A DNA stretch of 63,790 nt, filler included, from Reclinomonas americana ATCC 50394 (taxonomy: Eukaryota): assembly GCA_048213135.1 (NCBI GenBank). It is 6 parts of 4 records of this genome, joined end to end, with 100 filler letters (N's around TTAATTAATTAA, not from the genome) between each part and the next. Parts side by side here need not be neighbours in the genome. Positions count along the whole stretch, not along the records: positions 39,521 to 60,113 come from PS015125.1; 5 more parts are not named here. The stretch is one strand, 5' to 3'. Shown here one piece after another: positions 41,671 through 56,600 of the stretch. Under the pieces are notes generated by a model. The model saw nothing but the letters and a program-made list of their open reading frames with translations. It searched no databases and had not been told where the DNA came from. The translations under genes were made by a program, and so were the position numbers. Every line of letters starts with the position of its first letter. The stretch's first letter is position 1.

Positions 41671-42621
41671 ATGAGCTGGCGCGACGTGGTTCTCTCCGAC
41701 GAAGACGAAGACGAGGCACCGCCCTCTCGCTCACAACAACAACAACAGCAGCAAACATCACAGCAACAACAGGTGCACACGATGATGTCATGCACATTTT
41801 CGCGCGCACACTGCAGCAACTTGCATTCTGACTCGCTCTTGTCTCCCTCTCTCACACGCACGCAAACTCGTGTGCATCTCTCCCTGCTCTCTCTTGTCCC
41901 TCTCTTCCCCTCATCACATCTCTCATCTCTCTCTTGTCCTCTCTGTGTCTCTCACAGGGAGCCCTCACACCTCCCCCTGGCGAGCTGCGCCGACAAGGCC
42001 GCAGCATTCTCGATCTCGCCGAGGAAGACGAAGACGAAGACGATCAGCCCTCCTCCTCCCAGCCTCTCCTTCCTCCTCCTCCTCCTCCTCCAGCAGCAGC
42101 AGCTGCCCCTCTGCGCAAGAGCAGCACTGTGCAAGTAATGGAAAGCACCGAGGACGCAGGTGAAGACGAGGATGAAATCGATGATCGTCGTCGATGGGAG
42201 CGACGAGTGAGCTCAGCTGGAGGAGGCGACGAGTCGTCTGCTGTCATGCGTCGTCGTGTGTCGCGAGGGGATGCAGGGATGGAGGCTAGTGGCGAGGAAG
42301 GGCTAGGGGGCGACGAGGGGGAGGAAGAGGACGAGTTGGCGGCGTTGGCGGCTGGGCCTCCAATGGCGGTTCCTGTGTACACGCCACTGCCGGGTCTCAC
42401 GGGATGCCGCTCGGTGGATTGCTATGAGCGGCTGAATCGCATCTCGGAGGGCACGTTTGGTGTCGTATGTTGCGTGGCGTGTCACTGTTATGCTCATGCG
42501 AGTCTTCTTCTTTTCTCTGTTGGCATTTCTTGTCTCACCTGCGTCCATCGCTCATCTTCTTCTGCGTTTCCTCTGCTCTTGTCGAGTCGTCATCCTCCTC
42601 CATCTCCGGCCTCTCTCTTCG

Positions 42622-42659
<38 letters not shown>

Positions 42660-44962
42660 ATTATTTGTTTCTTTCTCTTTCTCAGTCCCAGATCGTTTTC
42701 ATTCTCCTCGTCGAACGCATGCCTGCCTGCCACTCTTTCTCTCCCTGTTTCCCCCTTGCTTTCTCTTCCTCATGTTGTCCTGTGCTCTTCTCTCTCCCCT
42801 CTGCTTCTTTCTCTTTCTCTGTCTCAGATCGTTTTCATTCTCCTCGTCGAACGCGGGCCTGCCTGCCACTCTTTCTCTCCCTGTTTCCCCCCTTGCTTTC
42901 TCTTCCTCATTTTGTCCTGTGCTCTTCTCTCTCTCCTCTGCTTCTTTCTCTCTCTGTCCCAGATCGTTTTCATTCTCCTTGTCGAACTCTCTCTTCCTTT
43001 ATCTCATCCTCCGTCGCCCACTTCTCTCTCGCCCTCCCCAGTTTTCACCCTTTCCTCATTCTGTCCTTCCTCCGTTTCTCCCTCACTCTCTTCTCTCTCT
43101 CTCTCTCTCAGTCTCAGATTGTTTTCATTCTCCTTGTCGAACGCAGGCCTTCCTTCATCTCATGATCCATCGCCTACCTCTCTCTCCCTCCCCTGCTTTC
43201 TCTCTTTCTTTTTTCATCCTTCAGTCCTTCCTTTGCCTCGTCCTCTTTTTTTCTATGCTCTCCCATGCTTCTCACCCGCTGTCAGAACTCCCTCCTCTCA
43301 TTCTCCCCTTCACCGCTCTCTGTCTTTCACTCGCTTTCTCATCTCCCGCATTCATCACGTCGTCTCCTTGTCGCTCCTCTCTCCCCACTCCCTCTCCTTT
43401 TCACCCTCTCCCCCATTCAATTTCTCACTTTGCGTGCTTCCAGATCGCGCACGCGACATTGCCACGGGTGAGATTATCGCTCTGAAGAAACTGAAACTGG
43501 AGGAGGAGAAGGAGGGTTTCCCGCTCACGGCCCTGCGAGAGATCACGCTCCTGTTGGAGATGAAGCACCCCAACATTATCGACGTGAAGGAGGTGGTGGT
43601 CGGCCGCAATCTCAACTCCATTTTCATGGTGCGCACTTGTCTTCTCTCTCTTGCTCTCTCTCTCTCTCTGCTGCCTCGTGCTCACGTAGTATGTGCTTGC
43701 GGCAGGCCATGGAATACTGCGAACACGACATTCGCAACCTCATGGACAACATGCGTACTGGTTTCCGGCCGGCCGAAGTCAAGTGCTTGATGAAGCAGCT
43801 GTTGGAGTCCTTGGCTTTCTTGCATGAAAACTGGATATTGCATCGGTGCGTTCTCGTCAGTCTTGTGCTCGACATCAGTGGTCTCCTCCCACACTCTCTT
43901 TCTCGCTTCTGCTGCTCCCTCCTCGCCATATTCTCTACGCCCTGCAGGTGCCATGAATAATCTCTCTCCATCTCTTTGCTGTCTGTCTTTTCTCCCTCTC
44001 TGGGTATTTGCATCCCTCTACCTCTTCCTCTCCCTCTTCTTCTTCTTCTCTCTCCCTCTCAGTCACCCTCTTCCTCTCAGTCANNNNNNNNNNNNNNNNN
44101 NNNNNNNNNNNNNNNNNNNNNNNNNNNNNNNNNNNNNNNNNNNNNNNNNNNNNNNNNNNNNNNNNNNNNNNNNNNNNNNNNNNNNNNNNNNNNNNNNNNN
44201 NNNNNNNNNNNNNNNNNNNNNNNNNNNNNNNNNNNNNNNNNNNNNNNNNNNNNNNNNNNNNNNNNNNNNNNNNNNNNNNNNNNNNNNNNNNNNNNNNNNN
44301 NNNNNNNNNNNNNNNNNNNNNNNNNNNNNNNNNNNNNNNNNNNNNNNNNNNNNNNNNNNNNNNNNNNNNNNNNNNNNNNNNNNNNNNNNNNNNNNNNNNN
44401 NNNNNNNNNNNNNNNNNNNNNNNNNNNNNNNNNNNNNNNNNNNNNNNNNNNNNNNNNNNNNNNNNNNNNNNNNNNNNNNNNNNNNNNNNNNNNNNNNNNN
44501 NNNNNNNNNNNNNNNNNNNNNNNNNNNNNNNNNNNNNNNNNNNNNNNNNNNNNNNNNNNNNNNNNNNNNNNNNNNNNNNNNNNNNNNNNNNNNNNNNNNN
44601 NNNNNNNNNNNNNNNNNNNNNNNNNNNNNNNNNNNNNNNNNNNNNNNNNNNNNNNNNNNNNNNNNNNNNNNNNNNNNNNNNNNNNNNNNNNNNNNNNNNN
44701 NNNNNNNNNNNNNNNNNNNNNNNNNNNNNNNNNNNNNNNNNNNNNNNNNNNNNNNNNNNNNNNNNNNNNNNNNNNNNNNNNNNNNNNNNNNNNNNNNNNN
44801 NNNNNNNNNNNNNNNNNNNNNNNNNNNNNNNNNNNNNNNNNNNNNNNNNNNNNNNNNNNNNNNNNNNNNNNNNNNNNNNNNNNNNNNNNNNNNNNNNNNN
44901 NNNNNNNNNNNNNNNNNNNNNNNNNNNNNNNNNNNNNNNNNNNNNNNNNNNNNNNNNNNNNN

Positions 44963-45033
<71 letters not shown>

Positions 45034-45090
45034 CTCCTCCTCCTCCTCCTCCTCCTCCTCCTCCTCCTCCTCCCTCCTCCTCCCTCCCTC

Positions 45091-45134
<44 letters not shown>

Positions 45135-45893
45135 CCCCCTCTCTCACTTCTCACATTCGAACAGTGGTCGGTGGGTTGCATATTCGCCGAGTTCATCACG
45201 CGCAAGCCCCTCTTTCCCGGTCGCGGCGAGATTGATCAGGTCGACAAGGTGTGTGTCTTGTGTCACACATGAGAGATATTGGTGGGATGAGCATCGTCGT
45301 GACAAAAGCCGTGCGCAGATCTTCCGCGTGCTGGGTACTCCCGACGATGACATTTGGCCGGGGTTTTCGCGCTTGCCCAAGCTTCGCGATTTCAAATTCA
45401 CCAGGAAAACCGCCGGCAGTCAACTGCGCAAGGTTTCTTTACTTATTTGGCCTGCGTGAGATTTTCTTGCTGAAACGAACCACTCGCAACGCAGATGTTC
45501 CCCAAGCACGGCTTCACTGCCGACAAACCATCGCTCACCGACGCCGGCTTTGATTTGCTCTCGGGCTTGCTGACCTACAATCCGCACCGAGTTTCGTGCG
45601 GAGCTCCCATCGTCTCCTCTGTTGTCGTTGTCTTTGTTGTTGTTGCGTTCCTTCCCCTCAAATTCTTTGTGTTGCAATTGCCGTGCGCGCAGCGTCTCAG
45701 TGCTGCCGAGGCACTCGCACATCCCTACTTCTCGGAGAGCCCGCCGCCGCAACTCAAGAGCATGATGCCGACCTTCCCGTCGATGAATGAGTCGTCCAAC
45801 CGCGTGCGGAAGAGGACGGCCAGTGAGGAGGCCATTCACGAAATCATGCTACACAATGAGAGCGAGATGCAAAAGCGCGCCCGGAGGCGATGA
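41671..45893 (+). CDS. CDK11: Cyclin-dependent kinase of the CDK11/CDKG (PITSLRE-like) family; middle exons lost in a gap
   Basis: Acidic N-terminus, [27 protein letters not shown]...[22 protein letters not shown]...KEVVVG...MEYCEHD...[58 protein letters not shown]. Confidence 0.9.
42685..43145 (+). repeat. Intronic tandem repeat, four copies of cagatcgttttcattctcct(c/t)gtcgaac spaced about 135-155 bp apart
   Basis: Copies near 42688, 42825, 42960 and 43115 in a pyrimidine-rich CDK11 intron. Confidence 0.8.
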
Positions 45894-45945
45894 CACGGTG
45901 GCGCACAACACGAATCAAATGTATGCAGAGAAAGGCGAGACTTTA

Positions 45946-48900
45946 TTATTTGTCTTCGCGGATTCGTATGACGGCGTCGGCCACTGTCGAGGCCACAATG
46001 ACGGCTGAACCGGCACAACCTGTGTGGTTGCGCCACAGGGGATTCGGAGGTGAGCCAACTCACCCCGAAACATTGACACAAGTACACTCAGACTCACCAA
46101 TGAGCGTCAGGAGCACCAGCTTGATTGGCTCGTTGACAAGAACATCTGAGGGGATTTGAGGGCGAGTGAGTGGAGGAGCACAAACGCGAAGAAAGCAGGC
46201 AGGGAGCGGGGAAAACCTTGCAGCTACAATGGCGTTCGGCGACACAATAAACAGGAGCACAAATGTGAGCACGAACGCGTAGATTCACAACACCGACGAC
46301 GATGCGTTTCCGTACCACTGCCGAGGGGAAGAATGTCAGTGAACCTCGTCACCGCGTGGCATGCACGCAAGAATATACTCACCACTGATGAACGACGCAT
46401 TGGCCACGCTGCTTCCCGTGTCGGATAGAGAGAGAATGCTGCGCAAGCAAGTCACCCGGAAATCATGAGATCCATTTCTTCGGCATGAATCGCGGACATC
46501 CACTCACCGAGCCGTCGTCAACAGCGTGAGATACATGAGGAATACACCGGCAGCCCACGCGGTGACAAAGGACACCGGCACCAGCCACAGCGGAAGAGAG
46601 CGCCGCTGCAATGTGCACACAAAAATGAGCAAACACACAGACCGCAATGTTGAATCTGTCTGGGCGCGCGAGCGCACCTTGTAGTGCCACCAGAACCGAC
46701 CCCACCACCCTGCGTGCACTTGTGAGAGCTCCACAAAAATGATACCCACCATTTTCCTCTACTCAAGACGCAACGACGTGCTTGCGGCTGCGGCGGTTGC
46801 GCATTGGCCAAGAAAACGGCGGGAATGGGCACGTCGGCCACCGCCGCAGACATCACCTCGCCACCGCTGCTCGAGCTCTCATTACCACTGCTACTGTTGC
46901 GCACCAACGGCGCAGGTGGTGGTGGTGGTGGCGGTGCTTGCACAAGCACACCGCGACTGTTCCGTCGACTGACGCTGCGCAGCCGCGACTGCGGCGGCCG
47001 TGGTAGCTGCCGATCGTCCTCATTGTTGTTGTCGTCGATGCTGTTGTTGCCGGTGCTGCTGCTGACACTTGACACGGTTTCGCTGTGGTCCACCGACTCA
47101 ATGTCGGCGAAATGCCCAACACCGCCGCCACGCGGTACCAACGACGAGCGTCGAACAGCGGTGGGAACAATAACAGCGTCCGCTGGCTTGTCATCATCGG
47201 CCACGGCGGCTCCAGGCAACATGAGGCTGGAGTTGTGCACACTGCGCGCGTGCACGAGTCGCGGGAGAAGCGAACGGATGACCTGCGACGGAATTGTGAG
47301 CTGGCTGACAACCCTATGGATGATAAGTCTGACTCCGTCCGTGGTCACCTTGAAATCGTGGCCCGTGATTGGCTTGGCCGACTCCGGAGCAACGCTCACG
47401 AATGGCGTGCGAATACTACTTTCCGCATCACACGCACACTTGTCAGTTTATCGGCAGAGGAACGCAGCGAGATTTCGAGCACTTGCCTTGCTCGTTGCGC
47501 CCCAAGTGCGATGATACCGCCGAGAACCGGCACCGACGGAGGCGCATGCATGTCACCACTGATGTGATGGGTGGACAAAAAGGTGGCCAGTGCGCGGCTC
47601 TGCACCACATCTGTGGTGATCTGCTGCAGCCACAGGCGCTGGAACCCGTGTGCCTCCAGCGGCACGGCCCCGGGTGGCCGACTGGCATTGACCCACGAAT
47701 AGAACGCGCGCTGCAGCTCGGCCAGCGTGAATTTTACCGACATAAGTGACGGCGAAGAGGCTAGCACACGATCCAGCTGCAAAAAACTATGAGCACTCAT
47801 CTTCTACTTGCAACAACAAATCGTCACAGTCAAACCTGCAGCCGCACAAAGTGCATGAAGGCTCCTATGACGTTACCGTTGTGCACCATGAAGAGGCACA
47901 ACAGGTCGGGGAGCGCGGATGGCGCTGATCCACTGGCCGTCCCGGAAGTGCCAGCATGCTGCTGCTGCGGAGGCACTGCTCCTTGGATAATCGCCATTAA
48001 GCCGCTATGTCGACGAGGGCGCACAGTCGTCGCAATCGGTGATGAGGTCGGCTTGCGCTCCTCCCACGCAGGCAACGGCGACTGCAGCAACTGCAGTTGC
48101 TGGTGCTCATCGTGTTGCACGGTCGTCGATTTCAACGGCACGTCCAGCGGCATGTCGATGGTGGTGCACGCCACTTGGCGCTGAGAGCCGCCAGCTGCAC
48201 TCAGCGGACCGTGAGCAAGCACATCAACCAGCTCGTCGTCTGCCTCCTCTTCCTCCCCCTCCGCTTGGTGTGCATCGTCGGCGAACCAGCGGCGCACAGA
48301 TGAGACCGGTACCTCGATTCGAGGGGTGCGCTTAAATGGTTCGGCAATGATTGCAATTACCGGCATCATCAGGAAACCTGCGTTTGTGCCCGTTGAGGAA
48401 TCGCGCACATGCACACCAGCACAGAGACTACGAACCAGACACAACGCCCATCCACAGATCGCGCAGCCATCCAGTCAAGTCCGATGCGGAGCCCTGCTGT
48501 GCCAACACCGAATTGACGTAGACGGCCAGACACACTCCGAACCACAAGACCTGCCGCGCCACGAGTTTGAAAATGAACAATGAAAAAAACGCACTACACA
48601 GCAGTACGCAACCGTCAGCTTTTGCGTGCGACGGAACGTGTCGGCTTGCGGTCCTGTCGCTGTCGACACCCAGGAGTGCTCCTCTGTGCGTACAGAAGGG
48701 GGGTGAGAAGAGTGCTGCGGACGCCTCACGCAAAGGCACAACAACATGCCTTTGATGGCCAAGGCGGCGCGTTGACAGAAGCGTTTAATGGCACCGGCTT
48801 CGCGACGCTGTTGCAGAACTTTGATCACCAGCCCTGCACCACCGCGATTTAGAGACTTGATGCGAGAATTAGAAAAGGAAGCAGTGTCTCAACGTCTAAA

Positions 48901-50609
48901 GTTGGCCACCGCAGCCAAGTGACGGACAGCGGCCGCACGCGTGCCACCAAACATCACTGTGCACGACACAAGGGCAGGCGTCAGGAATGTGTATAGGACA
49001 GTAACGAGTGCCGAGTGACGCACCGCCCTCCACACGAGCAGCCTCGGCAAAACTGTGCCCTTGCTGTCGCAACAGCATGGTTACGACGTCTTCGAAGCGG
49101 AACACACTGTAGAGAAGCATCCGCGTCAGATGCTATGCACACCCACGAACACTCCTCCCTCTGCCACACTATCCTCCACTCACCCACGGAAAATAGTGGC
49201 GGCGGCAAACTGGCCGTGCTTCTGCATCTGTTGCTGCAGTTGCTGTTGGTGCATGATTCCGGCCACAATCTTCTTGCGGTAGATGGCGACCAGTCGCGCA
49301 TCCACTCGACGATCGACTTGCAAGAGGAACACAAATGCCACCACATACAGCACATTGAAAGCTGCACGACACACACACCGGCACATTCAGTGAGTCACCA
49401 AAGACGATTCCGGGAACGGCAAACCAACGCACCGAGCAGGAAATAGAATGGCGGACTTTGCAACACGCCGGACGACAAGATAAGCGACACGTCGCTCGGA
49501 CTGCGCGCACAACCAACCACGGTCAGTGCTGACAGCTAACGCAGACAGCTGCAAGCGCTCCAACGCAACGAGACAAACGTGAACGACACCTCAAACATGG
49601 CATGCACTGGGCGGGCGTGCAAATCATGAGACTTACAAAGCAGTGACAACACACAGCAGTATCCACCGACGCACAATCAATGCTAAAGTCAGTGAGATGG
49701 GTGCATTCGCAGGCGATCGACGACACGGTGGTGCTGTCGGCCGGAACGCGCAAAAGAGCTGTGCAGCCGTCGTTGCGCCACGATTCTGTCGTCGTATTCC
49801 AGTACACACACAGATTGGCCAAGGCGTCCACCACAGCTGCCCAGACAGGCGCGCATCAAGTAAGGGCACAGAACAGAGTCGCCATGGTTTTTCTCGCGTG
49901 ACGTGACGCAACGATTAGCAGCCAGCTCGGGGTACTTTTGCGCATAGCCTCGCAGATCGCACTCCGTGCTGTTCAGTCGCAGCAGTCGAGCGTACGGCAC
50001 TGCCGTGGGCCCCACAGTAGTTCTACTCTGGCGCACGCCGCAATTCTCCAAAAACTCCACCACTTGTTGCTGCACAAGAACGATATCCTCGAAAATGAGT
50101 TGCAAGTGTGCAAGCGCGCACTCAGTGCAATTCTTCTCACCAGCGGTCGCTCCAGCTGGCGCAACAAGGCCGAATCCTGCTGTGCAATCTCAAAGAGCAC
50201 CTTCTCGTTCTGTCCGTCCAGTCGCAGCTCGTTGCCGTACTCACTCAGCAGTGTAAACTGCTGCACCGGCGCACCAAGCTGCAGCGTCGTGCCCGCGTAG
50301 AACACGTTGCCGTCATCATTTGTGACTGGCAAGGACGAGAGCGCTGCACAATAACAACAGCAACGCGGAGAGAGTGAGCTCCATACAACTCACTCTCCCG
50401 TCCTCCTCACTTTCTCATACACACCATTGGGGATGCGAGCCGACACAAACATTGGCGACAGCGAGAGCAGACGAGTGGATGTGTCGCTGGAGAGGATGAA
50501 CTGCGTGCGGTCAGAGATCGATCCGAGTGCATCCACCGTGGTGTTCGTGACGGCCACATTGTCCGCCAGCTGCGCAGTGACACGATCGTGAAAAATTCAG
50601 CCGCCTCGC

Positions 50610-50646
<37 letters not shown>

Positions 50647-53600
50647 TGAACGCAACGCTAACACCGGGCATGTTGGACGATGTCGACAAGTGCGACGCAA
50701 TCAGATTCACACTGTTTCCGGTGATGACAGTGGCCGGCTCTCCGGGGACCTGTCAACAATCAATGTGGGCGACAAAACATAGGTATTCTGCTTGTGAAAC
50801 TCCAACCTTGGTGTTCGTTGCTCTGTATCCGAGCGATGTGATTGCAGCTCGGCAGCTCTCGGCGCCAATCGCAAACATATCGGGATACTGGTCCCGCACG
50901 GTGGTGAGCATGGTGAGGGCGTTGTCGACGGTCTCGCCAAAGCGCTGCCCATCATCGACACGCACATGAGAGAGCGGAACAAACGCGACATCTTGTCACA
51001 CATCCACATTCCCGCGCTGCTACGTCCTCTTTCAGTCTCTCCGTCACTCACCTGACGATTCGCATCGGTTGTGAAGCTGGCAACACGCGACAGATTGTCG
51101 GCCGCAGTCGACAGGAACATAACCGCAGCGGCAGACCACGTGTCGTTGGCGATTGTAGTCGGCGAGAGTGCTCGAAGTGTCCTGCACAACGAACAAAGAG
51201 TGGTGGGGTGGGTGGACGAGGCTGCCCGTGAACAACAATGCCTCCTGGACGAAACTCGCTGGCGGAGTGCGCCGTTTTGAGCAACGCATCGGAACATTGC
51301 GGACTGACGGTGAGGTCGATCACATTGACCACACGATTGACAAGCTGCGCCGTCTGTGCCACAGCCTGACGATTCTCATCGACCGCCAGAAGCGACGATC
51401 GCGTGGTGCTGTTGGCACGCTCGAGCACCGACAGTCCAGAGAGCGCATTTCCCACGGATCTGGCCAGTTGCTGCTCAGTAAAGTAGTTCGTGGGCAGTGC
51501 AATCGCGGCCTGCACGTCGCCCTGAAGGAACGACGACTGATCGGCGAGAGACGTGCGTGTCGTGGGAACGACAATCACACTGGTAGTGACGCTGACGTCG
51601 CCAGCATAGATATCGCGAGCCAGTACGCCGACGGTGAGCGTGTAGTTGGTCGCCGCACCACCGTGCACCGGGAACACCAGCTCGTCTGCCACAAGGCGAG
51701 TGGTGGAGCTCAAGAATACCTTGCAGCACAAACGCACATGTCAACAAATTGAGTACATCAACGGGAGCCAACAAGAGACATAGATGCACACACCTTGTCT
51801 CCCGAGAGCGGATCCACATAGAATGGCATGTACGTAACTGTGCGGACGCGCAAGCACTTAGTTTTGATTCTCTCTCTCCCTCTCCCTGCCCCTCTCGACT
51901 GACGCACTTGGCTCATCCGGATCGCGGAAACCAGCCACGCGGAACGTAAACTTGGTCAGACGCTCCTCGCCGCTGCTGGGCGTCACTGTCAGATTGCCGG
52001 CAGTGGGTAGATCGTTGATATACAGAGTCACTGATGGAGTGCCTGTAAAGGGAGCGATATGTAAGACGCCATAAAAGTCAGGCTCGAGCCTTTACGGGCC
52101 AAAACATGCATACCTCCCTCCACTGGAGGATCCAACGCCAGCTCAACCACATACTGCAAGCCAGCCGTCAGTGTGCCGCCGCGAATCTGCATGGAGCCCG
52201 GTTGCCCGGCGGGACCCCGCAGGAACTGGAAGCGCGCATCCGACAAGTCGAGAAGGGACGTTGGATTGTCTGCGTCGTCAGCGTGTGTGTACAATGAGCA
52301 ACCACGACGACTTCAGTCGCTCTTTCCACCCTCTCTCAATGCACACACGCACCCATGGCATACATGCGCCAGTTGTAGGAGAATCGCAGCGGAATGTCGC
52401 CGTCGGTATCTACAGTGGCCTGCACGCCAATCGATCTGAGAGGATGCAAGCGAGCGACCGCAGAGCCCTCAGCCACTGCCGACTCCGACACCTAAATGAG
52501 TAGCGATGAATTGAGCAACTCGAGCAAGCAATGCTGTGCACGGGAAAACAAGTCACTCACCACACGGAAGAGAACGGTGACTGCTCCCCTCACTGTGATA
52601 AAGGCACTGGTCGTCTGCTTTCTATCGCCACGGATAGCCGTCACGTTAAACACATGTCTGTGGCGCGACACGACCGACGATCACAACCAAGGGAGGGAGG
52701 AAGAAGAAGAGTACACGCGAGAGGGTTCACGCAACACGCCAATGTCGGCCAGACCGTTCTCGAGCGCCAGTGTACTTGCCGTTGTCGCCTGCACCTCCGG
52801 CACATTACAGTCGACTCCATTGACGGAACACGTCCAGCGGAACACAACAGGCACCGGCTGCACGAGAGAGAAAGCAGCAATGGATGAGCACGATTGTACG
52901 GGCGATCACAGCGACTGCCAGAAGCAAACCTCCACCACAGGCTTTGTGCGGTCGGGATCCACGAGGGTGGCGCGAATGCTCACTGGCGTACGTGGTGACA
53001 CCACACCACCAGCTGTGGCACGCATGGAAAAGTTAGTGACAAGCACTCGAATGTGACAAGCAGTTAACAGTCGCACGCAACAGACAACAACGGTGAGATC
53101 GAGTCCGGGCGATGCTGCGCACGATTTCACAGACGGATTGTGAGTGCAAGAGAAGGATCACGTCTCATCTCTCCCTTCTGGAGTGTTTGCAAGCAACATG
53201 CAATCACCCTCTCCTTCAAACCCTCCCTCCCTCCCCTCTCCTCGTCCCTCTCCACACACCAGTAATGATAGTGTCGCGCGCCAGCGTCCATCGTCCATAG
53301 TTGATGTCGGTGCAAACGCGAACCTGCAGAGAGTTGTAGATGGTCGACGATTCCAAATCGGCCAGAGAGCAGTACACCATGGATGCCGACGGCCACGAGC
53401 ACGAGGGATCAAACACCACCGGGAATCCGTTAAAGTACACCTCGAAACGCGGATTGCTGCCATAAGTCGCTTGCGGGGCGCCCGAAGGCAGCAGTGATAC
53501 CACCGCCGTTGTGTACGTCGGTCGAGCACCAGATAACATGATTACGGTCTCTGGCAGCAGCGTCAACGCTGTACGGGCGAGTTCCTGTGGTCAGTATCAT

Positions 53601-56600
53601 CCGCTCACTCACGATCGCGCCAACATGGAACATGCACAGTACCGACGGTGGGCATCGACTGGTCGCCGAAATCGAGAGATGTGACGAGTTTGGCATCCAG
53701 CGTGTACATCGTGTTGAACGTGAGGCCAATCAGTCCGCACTGGACCACCTGCATCGCCGACGACGGCCACGGGCAGATCGCGGGCACCGTGTTCATCCAC
53801 GGCACTCCATTGACACGCACTTGCACGGCCGGGTTGCTGCCGGCATTCTGTCGCCAAGTGAGACCGCGATCGGTGGCGACGGATGAGCTCCGTGAGCGAG
53901 CAGTGAAGGGCGCCGAGGCACGAATGGAGACGGTGACATTGTGCACATCGGAGCTAATGTCCTCGATGAGGACCGTCTGGGAGATGGTCGAATCTGCGTT
54001 CCGCCAGTTATACAACACAACACTGTATGTACAAGTCTGTGAAAGCTGTACAACGTACCCACTGCAAGCCCCACAGTGCCGGCCTCCACGAACGCACCGG
54101 GTGGTCCCGACGCCGACAAATCCACGCACACGCGATACGGTGCGCGATAGCGAGAAAGAAGGAACGAGGTGGCCGTCACATGTCGCGAGTCAACCGTCTG
54201 CAGATCGTCGGGCGCCACCGCCTCCAGAGAACCGACTGCGGCATCAGCCACATCGGCCACCGCAGAGCACGAAGGGCCGGGTTCAAGACGCACAGCTCGC
54301 ACCGAGGTGCCCACACGCAGACCTGGTAACGAGAGCTCATTTAAGCACGACACCTCTGTATCCCATCGTGCACGCGCGCACACACACACACAGAAGTAAA
54401 CACACCTCTTCCCACGACAGTCAGTACCGCCGAGGGTGTGCCCGCCGGCAACGACGCAGGCAGGAACGAATCGACACTCGCTGCAGGTGACAGTGAATTC
54501 AACGAGCAGGCGACCACAAATGCTACGACAACGTACCGACAAACAGCTGTTCGCTTGGATCATCGGGAACCTTCCAGAAGGAGACCGGGGAGCCGCCAGC
54601 CACAGTATCCAAGCACACACTGTACTCGCCTGGCGCGAGGGCACTTGCCAGCGTCACCGACAGCCGGGTTTCGTCCGCCGTGTGCGACCACATGGTTGAC
54701 TGCACATCTATGCTTCCCGCCGGTGTCGGAGACAGCTGGCGAGCCGAGCATGCCGTCACTCCCTGCTCCAGCCGAATCCGCCGCACCAGCAACGATGAAT
54801 GCAAGCCCGTGCCGACAATGGTGAACGACGGAGCGGAGGCACTGGCCGCCACCGCCAGCGGCTGCACGACATTGGCCGACGCTACGAACACGCAAAGCAG
54901 CTCAGCATATGCAGCGGGAATCAATCACTGGGGGGAAAACAAGAAGTACGCACCTGAAAGCACTCGCGTTGCACTGACAGCCACATAGCTCCCAGCGGCC
55001 ACATTGGCTGAATAGTCGACACAAACCGAGTACGATGTCGTGGCAGTCGTCGGCGAGGTGACTGTGGCGAGTATCACCGTCGTGGCCACGTCCGTGGTGG
55101 AGTCGGTAAGCAGTAAGTTGACCGTGCCGACGGCAAACGTCGCAATCGTCGGAGAGCACACGGCGCCGGGTTCGAGACGCACGGCACGCACACTGACGCC
55201 GACGAGAAGACCGTTTCCGGTAATTCGCAGCGTGGATGTAGTGTCGCGATCCAGGACGCGGGTGGGCGCAAACGAGCTCACCACTGGCACATACACATCG
55301 CCGACCTTGCGATACGACGTCGATGGCGACGCCACGAGGTCCACGCACACAGACCACTGACCACCCGACAGGCCGGCGCCGCCGACAGCGAAGAGTACCT
55401 GCGAGCGACTGGCGCTCCCGTCGTCGACAAGATTCGGCGAGGAGGCACAAACGGAGCCGATCGGCAGCGGTGCACTCGCATTGCATGAAGCTCCTGCCTG
55501 CAGGCAGACGGAGCGGACGCTCAGCATCGCATCCAACGCCACACCCCTCACGGTGACCGTGGCACTCGGCTGCAGCGCCAGCACCGACGCGGGCGCAGAG
55601 CCAGTGACACCGGCTGCGACAAAGCACACACACACACACACACAAGCAAACATAATGTTGTGTTAGCAAGCAGCAAGTCCGCGTGCCGCTGCACAGAGCC
55701 ATCTCGACGAAACTGATGAGAAGCACAGACGACGCAGCGCCGAGACGAACAAAGTTGGGTGATGGCGACCACGCCATGTCGCCGCACACGGTGTACTGGG
55801 CGGCGGCGAGAGCCACACCGACACGAACCGCTAGCAAGGGCAGCATGGCACCACCACTGGATACGGCCGCCGAAAGGTCGACCACGGGCACGGCGCCAAC
55901 GGCAGAAGTGGAGCACACGGCAGCGCTGCCACCGGGCACCAGCAACAGCGATCGCACACTGGCGGTGGAGAGTCCTCCTCCTGCATTCGATGGGGAGAAC
56001 AATGAGCACGAGTGCATCTCAACAAGACACAAACAAGTGTCACACCAGTGAGAGTGAGCACTTCGGTGGCAGCGTTGGCGAGAAGGGTTGCGGTGAACTG
56101 TGTCACGAGTGGCACTTGCAAGAGACCAGCGGCGGCGGGGGCGCCGTCCGGCTGCCGATTGAATACGCCAGGCAGCGCCCCGTACTCCACGCACACCATG
56201 TACGCACCGGCAGCCAGGCCGCCGACAGGCACAGTGGCGAGGAGTTGCGCGGACGAGACCGTGGCCACAGCAGCAGCAAGCACTCCTCCACCGCCAGCTC
56301 CACACGACGACGAAGCGACTTGGAAGCGCACTGACGACACCGCGCCACTCAACAGCGTACCCTCCAGTGTTACCTGCACTCCGCCGGTTTGCGGCACAAT
56401 CACCAGCGGTCTCACCACCGAGATGCCAGCTGCGAGAGGGTGAGCATCTTCCGCCAAACGTCGCCATTCACCAATCAGGGTAACGTACCGATGTCCAACG
56501 AAGCGGCCTTGAAGAAGGACCCGCTGGAGGGCGACAGCGCATAGTCAACGCACACACTCCATTGGCCGGGCGTCGGCACGGACGGACTGAGGCTCGACAA

